DNA of 63,231 nucleotides, filler included, from Saprolegnia diclina VS20 (Eukaryota): NCBI RefSeq assembly GCF_000281045.1. It is 5 parts of one record of this genome, joined end to end, with 100 filler letters (N's around TTAATTAATTAA, not from the genome) between each part and the next. Parts side by side here need not be neighbours in the genome. Positions count along the whole stretch, not along the records: positions 1 to 26,473 come from NW_008246098.1; 4 more parts are not named here. One strand, 5' to 3'. Shown piece by piece: positions 11,636 to 22,718 of this stretch (position 1 is its first letter; each line of letters starts with the position of its first letter). The notes under the pieces were generated by a model. It saw only the letters and a program-made list of their open reading frames with translations, ran no database searches and was not told where the DNA came from. The position numbers and the translations under genes were made by a program.

Positions 11636-12937
11636 CTAGACAGCAGCTACCGCGTTTTTCTTTTCGACCTCTTCAATTTGATTTTTGAGGACCGCTTTAC
11701 TTTCGTTGAGTTTCGACGTCAAACCCTTGATGAGCGCATCGAGGCGGTCGCTGGCCTGCGCCGAGTTGGGCAAATTCGACATGATGTGGTGCACCTTGGT
11801 CTTGACTTTGGCCATGCCACACACGGCCATGTAGTTGGTCTTGGCGAGCGCGAGCCACTGGTACCAATCGTCGGTCATGACCTTGACGAGCATGCCGGTG
11901 CTGTTTTGGCTTGCACACCTGAAACCCGCCTCCAAAAGCTTGTTGGGACCAGCGACTCTGTGGCAGTGCACCTTGAGCAAGGCCCAAAATTCGCGCACTT
12001 CTTCAAAGCACGTTTTGATACCACCGAGCGCCTTCACGGTAATCTCGAGCGCTATCACGGCGCGTTCGTACGTGTCGCCTTTTGCGTCCAAACTCGCGAG
12101 CTCGAGTGTCAAGTCGTTGATCGCCTGGTTGTGCTCTTGCTGCTTCTTGAGCACATCAAGGTACGCAGTCCGCTGCGCAGTCTCGAGGTCTTGAAGGTGC
12201 TTGAGCTTGGCACGCTCACCTTCGCGCGAGACTTCGTAGAGGCCCCACAGCACTTTGACGTCGGTCATCTCAACTGTGTCTTGCGCTTGGCGCTCGCGGG
12301 CAGCTGCGTCCAGCGATGTCTTGGCCGCATTGACATCATTCTCGTTGTCCGTTTTGCGTTCATCCAGCTTTGCTTGCTTGGCACTTGCCACGGCGCGCGC
12401 GATGGCTGCTTGGTTCTTCGTCTCGCAGGCCAGCGTGCTCGCTGTACTCGTCGCTTCGAGGCTCGTCTCGGCCTCGCGCATGGCGTTGGCGGACTGCTGC
12501 TCGAGCTCCGCCGCGATCGTCTCCAAACTCGCGGCGATGTCGGCGGTCGCCTGCAGCAACGCTTTGGCTTCGTCGATCTGACCTTCGCCGACGAAATAGA
12601 AGGCATATTTGTAGAATTTGAGTGCGTCCATCGACGAGCTGAGGTACGTGGCGCACGCAATGTCCGTGTTGACGACCAGCGTCTGGTACCGGCTTGTGAG
12701 ACCAATGATCAACGTGTTGCACGGATGCCCATGGGATGCAGCGATTGCGGTTTCGAGAGAGTATGCACCGTCCTCGAGCGACTCCATGCACTTTTTGGCG
12801 CTCGTGGCGGCCAGTAATTTCTCTTTGGACGCAACTTTGAGTTTGATCTGGCCGTCGGCGAGCGCTGGTTGGACGTCGGTTTCGTAGTTGTCGAGCGATT
12901 CGATTGCGGTCGTCGGGTCGACAAAGCGGGTCGTCAT
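11636..12937 (-). CDS. All-helical coiled-coil protein (433 aa), possibly alpha-pore-forming-toxin-like
   Basis: Intact ORF. Long heptad segments flank a short hydrophobic hairpin (VKVLWGLYEV). C-terminal ALEITVKALGGIKTCFEEVREFW and WYQWLALAK helices. Confidence 0.8.
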   Translation of the reverse strand: MTTRFVDPTTAIESLDNYETDVQPALADGQIKLKVASKEKLLAATSAKKCMESLEDGAYSLETAIAASHGHPCNTLIIGLTSRYQTLVVNTDIACATYLSSSMDALKFYKYAFYFVGEGQIDEAKALLQATADIAASLETIAAELEQQSANAMREAETSLEATSTASTLACETKNQAAIARAVASAKQAKLDERKTDNENDVNAAKTSLDAAARERQAQDTVEMTDVKVLWGLYEVSREGERAKLKHLQDLETAQRTAYLDVLKKQQEHNQAINDLTLELASLDAKGDTYERAVIALEITVKALGGIKTCFEEVREFWALLKVHCHRVAGPNKLLEAGFRCASQNSTGMLVKVMTDDWYQWLALAKTNYMAVCGMAKVKTKVHHIMSNLPNSAQASDRLDALIKGLTSKLNESKAVLKNQIEEVEKKNAVAAV

Positions 12938-13696
12938 TGAAAGCGTGTTGCTGCGTGTTGTCGGGGCAAATGGAAAATGAACATCTTCGGACCCAAGGAT
13001 GGAGGCGCTTTGACGGCCTATTTTTGCGTCGTAGTATCTTGCTAGCCATCGGATGGCCTTGTCGCTTTCGCGTTTCCATCATCTTGGTCCCTGACCAAGC
13101 ACGCGATCGAGTCGCCATGCATATGAACACGTCGAATATGGTGTCTCGACCGGTCATGCAAGTAGCTTTGGACGAGATAGGGCGATCGACTTGATCATTT
13201 TTATCGTCGAGTTGATTCTTTTTGTTGTGCAAGGCTCGTTCACGCCGTGGGGCAAGAATCGGCAAGCCCAATCTCGGCTAACGTTACTGTTATACACGTA
13301 AGCCGCTTACGGCAGTAGCTTACGGTAAGCAAATGTGCATCATGGGAGGCACATGCTTGCGTTTCTCGATCGGTAAATGGTGCAGGCCTCACAGTAACAA
13401 CAATAACAACAACAACAATCCCATGCTATGAAGCTCCAGTGACGTCTTGGTGGTGGGCGATGCCACACGGCGTGCCGTCCGTGCAACAGGACAGTTTTTC
13501 TGCGCTGCTGAACGTTGCGTGTCGGTCTCGCTAAATTCAGAAACAATCAACTCGGACCTGCGATGCTGGGTTTTGCATTTGCAGTTGCCGGAGTAGATGG
13601 ACCGACAACCGAAAGTAGACAGCAGAGCACGACAATGTCTCGTAGCATGTCAAAACACATGTTGTGAGACCAAGCTCCAACGAGCGATTGACGACT

Positions 13697-13712
13697 CTCA
13701 CTGTGCAATTTC
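13697..13712 (+). promoter_or_regulatory. Oomycete INR+FPR-like core promoter
   Basis: CTCACTGTGCAATTTC immediately before ATG 13713; resembles the oomycete TCAYTY..MWTTTNC core. Confidence 0.4.
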
Positions 13713-14537
13713 ATGTCTTTGGTTGAGAACCTCCGCTTTGTTTCGCCAGAGGTGTTTGCCTGCGAGGCCGCCGACCTCCTTGACACACTCGAGACTGAGA
13801 ACAACCAAGCGTGCACCAAATGCGCGGCCAAGCTCTCGCAGCTCAACACGCAGCTGAAGCAGGCGACGACCGACCGCGCCAAGGCCGTCGCACAACAACA
13901 ATCTACGCTCCAGGACAAGAAAGCACACGACCAGCGCCTCAATGCGCATGAGGCGTCGATCCGAATGCACGAAGGTCATGTGGATCGAGAGCGTTGTGAG
14001 ATCCACCGACTCGAAAATGTCATTCGCAGAGAGCGCCAACGCCAGAGTAACGCAGCGTACGACCTCATTCCACTGCATGGCTTTTTCGCAGGCCTCATCT
14101 CGGGCGACCACAAACGCTGCATCCCGCTCTACTCGCAGATCGACGGTCTCATCTCCGTCGCCGAAAACGATCTGGGGGCAGCACAGCGCCGCCGGAGCGA
14201 CTCCGAACGGGCTCTAACTCACCTCCGCGAAGCCTTGGCGTCGACCAAAGACGCACAGAGAAAGACGCAGGCCAGCATCGAGAAGCTCAACAATGAGCTT
14301 GGCAAGCTTCAACATGAGATTGAACAGTTAGACCGCAAGACGAGCTCGACGGGGAAGCAACTGACGAAACTGCATGGCGTGCGAGAAGCAGTCTTGACAC
14401 TCCGCGCCAAGTACGGTCTTGCCGCGTTGCGAGTTGCACTCGTCGCGAATATCAAGAAGGAGTTTTTCACGGCCATGTGTCTCGAGGACCTTCAACGCCT
14501 CGTTCAGCAGCACACGGCAGCGCTCCAGTTGGTCTAA
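13713..14537 (+). CDS. Coiled-coil hairpin protein (274 aa) with central hydrophobic segment
   Basis: Intact ORF. Two long coiled coils flank AAYDLIPLHGFFAGLISG..CIPLYSQIDGLISV. Confidence 0.8.
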   Translation: MSLVENLRFVSPEVFACEAADLLDTLETENNQACTKCAAKLSQLNTQLKQATTDRAKAVAQQQSTLQDKKAHDQRLNAHEASIRMHEGHVDRERCEIHRLENVIRRERQRQSNAAYDLIPLHGFFAGLISGDHKRCIPLYSQIDGLISVAENDLGAAQRRRSDSERALTHLREALASTKDAQRKTQASIEKLNNELGKLQHEIEQLDRKTSSTGKQLTKLHGVREAVLTLRAKYGLAALRVALVANIKKEFFTAMCLEDLQRLVQQHTAALQLV

Positions 14538-16236
14538 CCGCGAGGATTACTATACTGATATTACATGCAATGAATGCACTTTTCGTTTCTCCTCCGATTT
14601 CAGTCAATTGCGCGGTGATTTTGACGGTTGAATTGCCTGGTGAGAGCGAGGGATACCGCTGGAGTCTTTCATTGGTCAAAATGGGTGAAAAATCGTCCTT
14701 CGATTGGTCAGAGAGATACTCAAACGGCCTCGGATTGGTCGAAAATAGAATTTGCTTTTTGAAGTCCTTGAACAAATGCAGTGTTTGCGTTCAAGCTTAG
14801 ACTGCAGTGCAATGTAGTAGTGTTCTGTTGTTGTCCACATTTCTCGTGCATTGCCTCGACCCACTCGCCCAAGTTGACGCGAAATATGTTTCCCTTGAGC
14901 AAGAGGCCAACTTTGCGTTCGAAACCACGCAGAAGGGTAAGTGGCAGGCCAAGTGAAAATATTGGTTTTCAAGTTGCGGACCAATTGAGAAATTTTCGCC
15001 AAATTGCGGACCAAGTGAAAAATACCCCATGTTTTGGCATGCAGGTGCCAACCATTTGCGCGCTATCGAACCCAGTGAGCGTCGCTGGTTGCAAGAAAAG
15101 TGCGAATCTCTGCACGACGATGGGATTGAGCTGACGACAATCAATGCAGGAGTCCAGAGAAATCGTTGACGCGCCTCGGGCTCAGCCAATGAATCGACCG
15201 TGCATGTGCTGAGGAAGCGGAGGCCATGGTAGGGGCTCTGCATGCGTCCAGTCTACGCTTCTGTCTTGAATTCAGAGCGAACGACCTGATTCGAGAACCC
15301 AAAACTGCTCTTATTGAGTGTTCCTTGGCGTCCACATGGAAGGCAACGGCCCTCGTCGGCACTCGCAAAGCATCACAATCAGACCAAGCAAGCAAGGACG
15401 GCACTGACGCTAGTCCCTAACAATGATGACGTTATTTTCCCACGCACGGAAACGACGCTGCTGCCTTTCTATCGACGCGAAATCGTTCCCTTGGATGCAC
15501 TTGACAGCCAGCTGGCGACCGCGCAGCCGGTGATCGCGCGGTCTGCGGTCAACCAGACATGACTTTTCGTGCCAGTGATCAGACGCGGCACTGAACCGAA
15601 CCGCGCTTGCCACACGCATACTGGGCACGTCGATAACGTGATTGTTGCGACTGGTTGTCCAACTCTGGCCATCCAATCGCTTTCGTCCATGTCGGTGTCA
15701 ACACGTACACGCTTTGGCCGCGCACGAGACTCCATCCGGTACGTATACCCACGTCCCATACCATAGCCCTCCAAGGTGCGTCTCTCTTGCATCTCTAATA
15801 CGGTACTCCTCGGTGTTGGCCCTGTCATCGCTGGAAGAATGCATTTCAGCCAATCAAATGCCGCCTGCATACATGTGTGCGTCGATTTTCAGCCAATCAC
15901 TGACGTCCAAAGGGGCACCATGGCCCATGACTTGTCCGCGCGACGACGGACTGCGCCACGCAGGAACGGTTCGAGAGCTCGCTCATTTTATGGGATGAAC
16001 GCTCGTAATCAATCCGTAATCTACCCTCTGTTCAACCTACGCCGTAGGCGCCTTTGGTCCGTGCATAAATACGCTGCGCGCCGATCACGTGTGGTGGCGT
16101 TGCTGTACCTTGCTGTGATTGGCTAGCGAGAGTTGGCTACAAAAACGCTGCATGTTTTTTCCACACAGCCACAGTGGGACACGCAGTTGGCTCACTTGCA
16201 TTTGGAGCTCATTTTACTTCAAGCACCAAAAGGCGC

Positions 16237-16931
16237 ATGTGCCAAGGCCCCAAGACCTCGCGGACGCCGCCCCGCTACAACACGATCCAAGCGCTTCTGT
16301 CGCCGATGGATGACGCTGAGAATACCGAGGACTGTCTCTCGTGCGAGGAAGACGACGAGTGCACGACAAGCCCCGAGTCGTCGTCGCCGCTCTCGTCCGC
16401 CACTTCGTACGTGTACCTTGCATCTGTGTCAAATATGCTCATAGTATGAGTAGACCGGACCGCAGTACCCGCGCGATTCTGGCGCGTCTCAAAACTGGCC
16501 AAGATGTCTGCGTCGTTGTCGACCGTGGGCACGTCAACTGGGTCGCGTCGTACATGCAGTACGGCTTTGACTCGAACAGCATTTTTCGCTCGATCGTGCC
16601 AGTCCGACCAACGTCGACGCCGTGGACGCAAGATGAACTCAACTACGTCCAGGCCATCCAGCGCTGCATCAAGGACGGCCATGTCCGGGTGCCGTACGGC
16701 CGCTGCACGGCGACCTTTATCGCCGAGCGACTGCACACGACCCGCGAACGCGTGCACCGGTATCTCAAGCTCGTGCCGTCGCCGTCGTCGGCGGATGGTG
16801 CGACCGCGTCCGCGCTTGCCGAGCTCAAGGAACTCCGGAGCTATTTTTTGAGTACGCTCGAGCGCTCCGTGCTCACCGTCATGGCCAACGTCGGCCTCGA
16901 TCAGTCGTGGGTTGTCGCAATCAAATACTGA
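16237..16931 (+). CDS. Myb/SANT-like putative transcription factor; intron 16407-16453
   Basis: GTACGT..TAG intron joins two ORFs in frame. WTQDELNY...GHVRVPYG...FIAERLH...RVHRYLK resembles the stramenopile Myb-like motif WT.EE..Y...G.L....G..LR.YL..KL.C..MRISKK. Paralogue at 19153. Confidence 0.75.
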
Positions 16932-17270
16932 CGACGATTCTTCTATATATTAAACAAAATTACTTTATCAAACGCAATGTTCTCGCGTGCACAACAACAC
17001 CAAGAACTACGACTCGTAGGTTTAGCCTGTTCATAAAAGGCTATTACGCGTCGGTTTGTATGCAAGGGAGAAAGATCGCGGTGGGCACCTGGGTCAACAG
17101 AGCTGCTGTCGTACATAAACACGCTCCGTGCTAGTCGTTGTGGTCAGTGCATGAGTCATGCCCTTGGTATTTCCGCTGCAAGGTGGATTCGTGTGGTATA
17201 AATGTGCACCCTTCTCCGACGCCAAGCGCACGTTTACTCGCAGCCAAAGCGAAGCCTCCAGTAGCATACA

Positions 17271-17365
17271 GTTGTTGAAATGAGTTATTAACATGCAATT
17301 ATATAGTGAAGATGGTGGACTTCCTAGAGCGCTCGTGAGGTGGACTTCCTAGAGCGCTCGTGAGG
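17271..17365. repeat. Copy 1 of a 71-bp direct repeat, with a 25-bp tandem duplication at its end
   Basis: 17271-17341 matches 18460-18530. GGTGGACTTCCTAGAGCGCTCGTGA occurs at both 17314 and 17339. Confidence 0.9.
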
Positions 17366-18200
17366 TCAGTAGCTTACAGTACATACCTTTGAACCAGAAG
17401 TCGTTGGCGTTGGCACCCTTCTTGTCGCTGCGTGTCTGTGTGATATCACCACGCCAAGTTGAAGTTTCTCCTTTCGAAATGCCCTGAGTCGGCTACATTA
17501 CTGTATACCAAGTGACGGCTGCAATATTTGCGTGCGTGGCTCTGTGTTTATACTCTGGGCCAATTCAACCTCGCTCGTATGCTGCGATGGTTTGGAAGCC
17601 GATCGCTGCCGGGTCTCCGCATCGTCTATAGCGCGCATACGAGCCGTTCTTCCAGTGTAGGCCGTAGATTACGCTCCATGCAAATGACTACGGGGCGCCT
17701 TGTCGCAAGCGCGCCGCGGCTCTGTGCAGCGCAGTCGTGCTCGATAATATCGCATGGGCGCCAAGCACGAGCGTGTCGCGTGACGCACCCGCCGCCAGGA
17801 GCGCGTGCATGGCCTCCATCTGCGCTAGAAGCACGTCATAGCGCGCACGGGCATTCGGAGGCTACGCGGTGACGCATGAGTTTCCAGCATGCCGAGGTCG
17901 CGTGCACCGGGTCGAGGCTGTAGCAGGTCGGGTCGATCGTTGGTGGTCCGTGGGTCCAGTGGCCGCCGACGCAGCTGTCCTCGCTGACGACCGATGATGG
18001 CGCGTCCGACGACGACGACGGCGAGGAGAGGTGGGCCCAGCTGCTGCTGCACGGCGACGCCACCGATGCAGGGCTCTGCATCGCACCTTGGCTCTTCCTT
18101 TGCACTGTGTTTAAAACACTGGATCATGGCGGCGAAAGAAACACATAGGATTAGCCGAGAATGATTGTCGTCCAATCTGGTTCGATCAAACCACCAGTTG

Positions 18201-18340
18201 AAACACTGTATGAGGCCTTTACAAAACACTGCATACTGGCCAAATAAAACACTGGATACAAGCCAAACACTGGCTGCGGACAAGAACACTGGATGCGGGA
18301 CAAAGACACTGGATGCGAGACAAAAACACTGGCTTGCGAG
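18201..18340. repeat. Degenerate minisatellite, core ACACTG, 18-23 bp period
   Basis: ACACTG at about 18203, 18226, 18249, 18267, 18286, 18306 and 18326; the last units read ACACTGGATGCGRGAC. Confidence 0.8.
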
Positions 18341-18409
18341 CCACTGCTGGTGTCGACAGCGATGCGGCGTCTCCTTGCACAGACCATGTTTGGTGGCATG
18401 AATGCAGTT

Positions 18410-18530
18410 GTTGTTGAAATGAGTTATTGACATGCAATTATAAAGATGGTATGAACGCTGTTGTTGAAATGAGTTATTAACATGCAATTATATAGTGAAG
18501 ATGGTGGACTTCCTAGAGCGCTCGTGAGGT
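18410..18530. repeat. Copy 2 of the 71-bp repeat, preceded by a partial tandem copy (50-bp period)
   Basis: GTTGTTGAAATGAGTTATTRACATGCAATTATA at 18410 and 18460. Confidence 0.9.
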
Positions 18531-19152
18531 TTGGCCGGTACGTCAAGCTGAGGGCGCATGGTCAGGGCTCGGGATTGTGTTGGGAATGAGGTAGCGAGCA
18601 CACCAAGGATCGGCGCGTAGGGAGGATCGGCGCGTAGGGATGGTATGAACGCTGTTGTCGCAACGCTGAGCGCGTGCCCTTCCACGCCCCTATCTTTGGC
18701 GACGCAGCTTCCGAGCTTGTTTTTGCAAGGTCGCACAGCCAAGCTCGCCACCGACTTTTCTGCCGAGAAGAAGCTGATGCGACTGGCATGTAATAGCTGC
18801 ATATCCTAGTACCTATCCTGCGCCATTGTGGCAGGTCATAGCTAGCATCAACAACACACTTTGCATGCATCTTGCGCTCAGGACTCCTAGCCCAAATAAA
18901 TTAGCCTCGTCCGAACGTCGACCTGTGTCCTTCCCGCAAGGATGCCGCTTCAACAATACAAGGTGGACTTTATACTAAGACGCGCGGCCAACTCGGCGCA
19001 TGACACGATCGGCGTCGGCGGCCCTTCAACGAACCAAGTTGCGTGTTTTTGTGCATCCGCCCACGTGGCGCCACGGAAAATGGCGCGCGAAATAAAAACA
19101 CGGCTTCGAAATTTTGCGTTTTTTCTCTTTTTTGCGTTTTATTGTGCGAGAA

Positions 19153-20159
19153 CTAGGTTGACGACAACGACGACGACGAGGGTGACGCGTGGTGCTGCTG
19201 CGCGTGCACGGGGTGCTTGACCGTGACGACCCAGCTCTGGTCGAGGTGCTCCTTCTCCATGATGGCGTCGATCTCGGACTGCAGACCCTTGAGAAAGTCC
19301 ACTTTGCAATCTTTGAGAATCGTGACTTGGGTCGGCGACATGCCCACAAACTTGCCCATGGCCGCGTGGTCCCGCTTCTTGATCGCACGCAGCTTCTTGG
19401 AGACGCGGAGGCCCTCGCAGTGCAGCTTCTCGGCAATGTACGTGTCCATCATGCGCCCTTGCGGCACACGCATGTGGCCCGCCTGCAGCAGTCGCACGAG
19501 CTCGACGCAGTAGCGCGTCTCGGCAATGGACCACGGCTCGTGGAGCTTCCGGAGCGGCATGAGCGAGTAAAACACCGAGTTCTTGTCAAAGCCGTACATA
19601 TAATACGTGGCCTGCCAGTCGACGACGCCAGCGGCCGTGAGCACAACGCAGACGTCTTTGCCAGTCTTGAGGCGCGCAATCGTCGATGGTTGCCGGGCAC
19701 TAGAAGTCACACGATAAGATCTCATATCCGGCATAAGGATGCAACGTACTTGGCACGCGACGGCTTGGTCGGAGGCGCAAGCGGCGCCGGTGTCGGTGTC
19801 GGCGGGACATCCCGACGCTCCTTCTTGAACGGCGGCGACTCGAGCGTACTTGTAATGTCGTCCATGGTCATCTTGCGCTTCTTGGAGAGCGGCTTGAGTT
19901 CTATGCGCGACGATGAGCCTATGGACTTGTCGCACTTGGACCAAGTACCTGTGGTGGTGGTCGTCGTGACGGGGCACGAGATCTGTCGGTCAATGCTGGC
20001 AAGGGGCGGGATCTGCATCGAGATGCTGCGCACGAGACGTGGCAGTGGCGCAAACTTGCCAAACTGTTGAAGCAGATGCAATGATGGCAGCAGCGGCGAC
20101 GACGACGACGACGACGACGAGGTGGGTGTCGACGGTTGTGGCAAAAGCGGCTTTAGCAT
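19153..20159 (-). CDS. Myb/SANT-like putative transcription factor, paralogue of the 16237 gene; intron 19700-19749; start may be 20249
   Basis: Shares ARLKTG.DVCVV, V.W.A.Y..YGFD.NS.F and LDQSWVV with the 16237 gene. Has WSIAETRY...IAEKLHCEGLRVSKKLR. Intron at the equivalent position. Confidence 0.8.
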
Positions 20160-22718
20160 GGGCGGTGCCAGCGGTCGCCGCCAGCCGCCTGTCGACGGCG
20201 TGGATGCTGTTGTCGCGGTGTGGTCGCGGTTGTTGACAATGATGCACATATGCGGCGAATTGAAGTGTGAGGTGTCCACGCCAAGGCCCATTTGACGCCA
20301 TCTTTTCTTTGTGTCGGTGTAATGACCGTATTTATGGAGGCGGGCTGCACGTGGAAACGGATTGTATATGATCACAGTGCATAGTGGGATGCCCGTGTCA
20401 TACGACTGCGCGGCCGAACACGAGCGACATGGCTCGTAGAGACCCGGCTGCGCGCTGCGTGCGCCACGTACCTCCATAATGTAACGCTCGGCGTTATAAC
20501 GCTTGTTAACACGACTGAAACGGCAAAGTGGCTTGAAATGCGCGATCTAACACAGGTTCGAACGCGTTCCTAACACTTGGGTGGCCTTGTCGGCCATAGA
20601 CAGGGGCAAACGTCTTGGTTTCAATATTTGGCGACCACGGGATTCGTTCGGCGAGTGTGATGGGAGTCTGTTCCAGTAGGTCGTGGTGGATGCTGCTGGA
20701 GCTCGTGGTGATGTCCTCGGAATCACGCGCTTCAAGCTTTGCTAGCCACGTGGTGTATCTTTCAAGCGGAACTCGGTCGGGGGAGGTGCAGCGGTAGTAG
20801 TACACGCTCCATCTCCACGCCGCCTCGTCGACCGCCACCATTATAATTGCAGGAGAATCTTTACGTTACTCACACGCTTGTCCTCAAGAACACATCGCTT
20901 TCTTTTGCAGCGGGCATAAGGGACGGCGCGTTTACTGCAACACGTCGGTCGCGGTGATGCGAGCGAGGGGGCAAAGCAGCTGCCGACACCATATTTCCCC
21001 ATCATCAACGCCATAAACACGAGAGAAATCGGTGCTTGTCCATGTGCCATTTCTCGTACCCATGTGACCGCGCCAGTTTGTCCAACTAGTCGCACCCAAC
21101 TTCAACGCGTCCGTATACGTTAATCCAGTGCACAACGTCGAGGCAAACTCGCCATCAACGTGCGGCTAGGAGGATTTCGCGCACCACTTGGTGGGACCGT
21201 ACGGTGCGACGACAAGCGGTAGTAAGCTCACCCATTTTAGCAGCCTCGTTCGCCAAACTTGCTAGAGTATATCACCACAAAGATATACCATACCCCACGC
21301 CGCTCGATGCGACAGAGGCCGTCGCGCCACCGACGACGACTACAGAGTATCCGACCACCCAACGAGAAGACGACAGCGCCAAGGTGAACCGTGCATGGGT
21401 GCGTCGCCAACCGGTTCCGTGTGCGATACGTGCTGCGTTCAAACTGTACAGTGGGCCGCCTCGATGTTTCCACTTGCCGCCCATTTCGATCCACAGTAAA
21501 CGCGCCGAGAATCTGCCGTCCAATGGTTGGGTGCATTTATCCAACGTGTCGTTCGGTCGGTCGAATCAGGCATTGATATCATTTTGCGCTCGCTTACGTC
21601 TGCGCTCGCCATTACGCAAAACATTGAGCGCCGTCTCTATGGCACACCGACTAGAAAACCATTATAGAGTGGAGTCGTGTAAATTGCATTTGTGCCAGCC
21701 GGTGATGCGAAGACGACGGGTTCTTTTGAACGATCGCCTGTCGGGCGCGCGCGGTCTCTGCGGCCGCCACGTTGCGCGCGCGTTCCGCCGCCGTGACCAA
21801 CAGCAACACCAGGGACAAGCACGTCGACATCTTCTCAGCCACGCGCGGTGCGTGGTACTTGCTACGGCACAGAGATGCGGTCGTCGGACAGAGCGCACAT
21901 ACCAGTGGCGATCTAGGTACTACCCATCCGAGTAGCCTGGCGCAGACCATGCTTGCAGACCACCGCCACGGCACGATAAGCCCTCGGGTGTCGATGGCAT
22001 CCGTTGACGGTATTGATGCAGCAAAGGCGCAAAGACGAAGCGCGTTTACTTGAACGTCGTACGACGGGACCTGGCTCTTCTTGGGTGCATTTTGCGCGCT
22101 GGGTATGTGTACACGACGACGTGTATGAGGCCCGTCTCTGTAAAGCTATCTACGCGTCAAAGAGGGCACCTCGTTTTGCGACGGTCGGACTGGTGACGCG
22201 ACCGATACACTGCGATGCAGCTGCAGCACTCGCGGCGGTGACCCGGACGAGCTCATGTTGGCGCGGTTGACAACGCTGCGAGGACGGTGTACGTGCAATC
22301 TGGCCTGCGCGCAATGCTCGCACTTTGACGACGTATGTCCATCAAGGTGTCATCTTCACATTTTGGCTTGCTACGACTTGGTGGCGCCGCCATCTCCATC
22401 TTCTCGACTCGCCGATAAGCCGCGATCTGTCGCCGCAGCCACGCTGCTCCTCTCGCTGCGTGAGGCAACATAAGACGATTCTGCTTGCTGAACCAAGCCG
22501 CAACCCTAGTCCTTCAAGGCTGGCGCCATTGCGACTTCCACATACTAACTAGTAGCTGGTGGGGTCATGGGCGCAAGGTCGCGTCTCTGGTGCCAACGGT
22601 TTGGCGAACACTGGCACCCCGATATGCACCATACAGCGTATATTCCAGTGCACTCGCCTTGCCCAGCATTCCGTTCGGGAGCGCCGTACGTTGCAAAAAC
22701 CCGTTTTTCATGGACAGA

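Noticed and set aside
14600..15760. Clustered ATTGG boxes, repeated TTGCGGACCAA and short ORFs
   Set aside because: No termini, TSD or protein similarity that would support an element or gene.
18201..18340. CRISPR-like look of spaced ACACTG repeats
   Set aside because: Core is only 6-8 bp, intervening sequences resemble each other, no cas genes are present, and the context is eukaryotic.
20506..22500. Several 80-240 aa ORFs between the Myb-like gene and the GH5
   Set aside because: No recognisable domain or coherent splice model.
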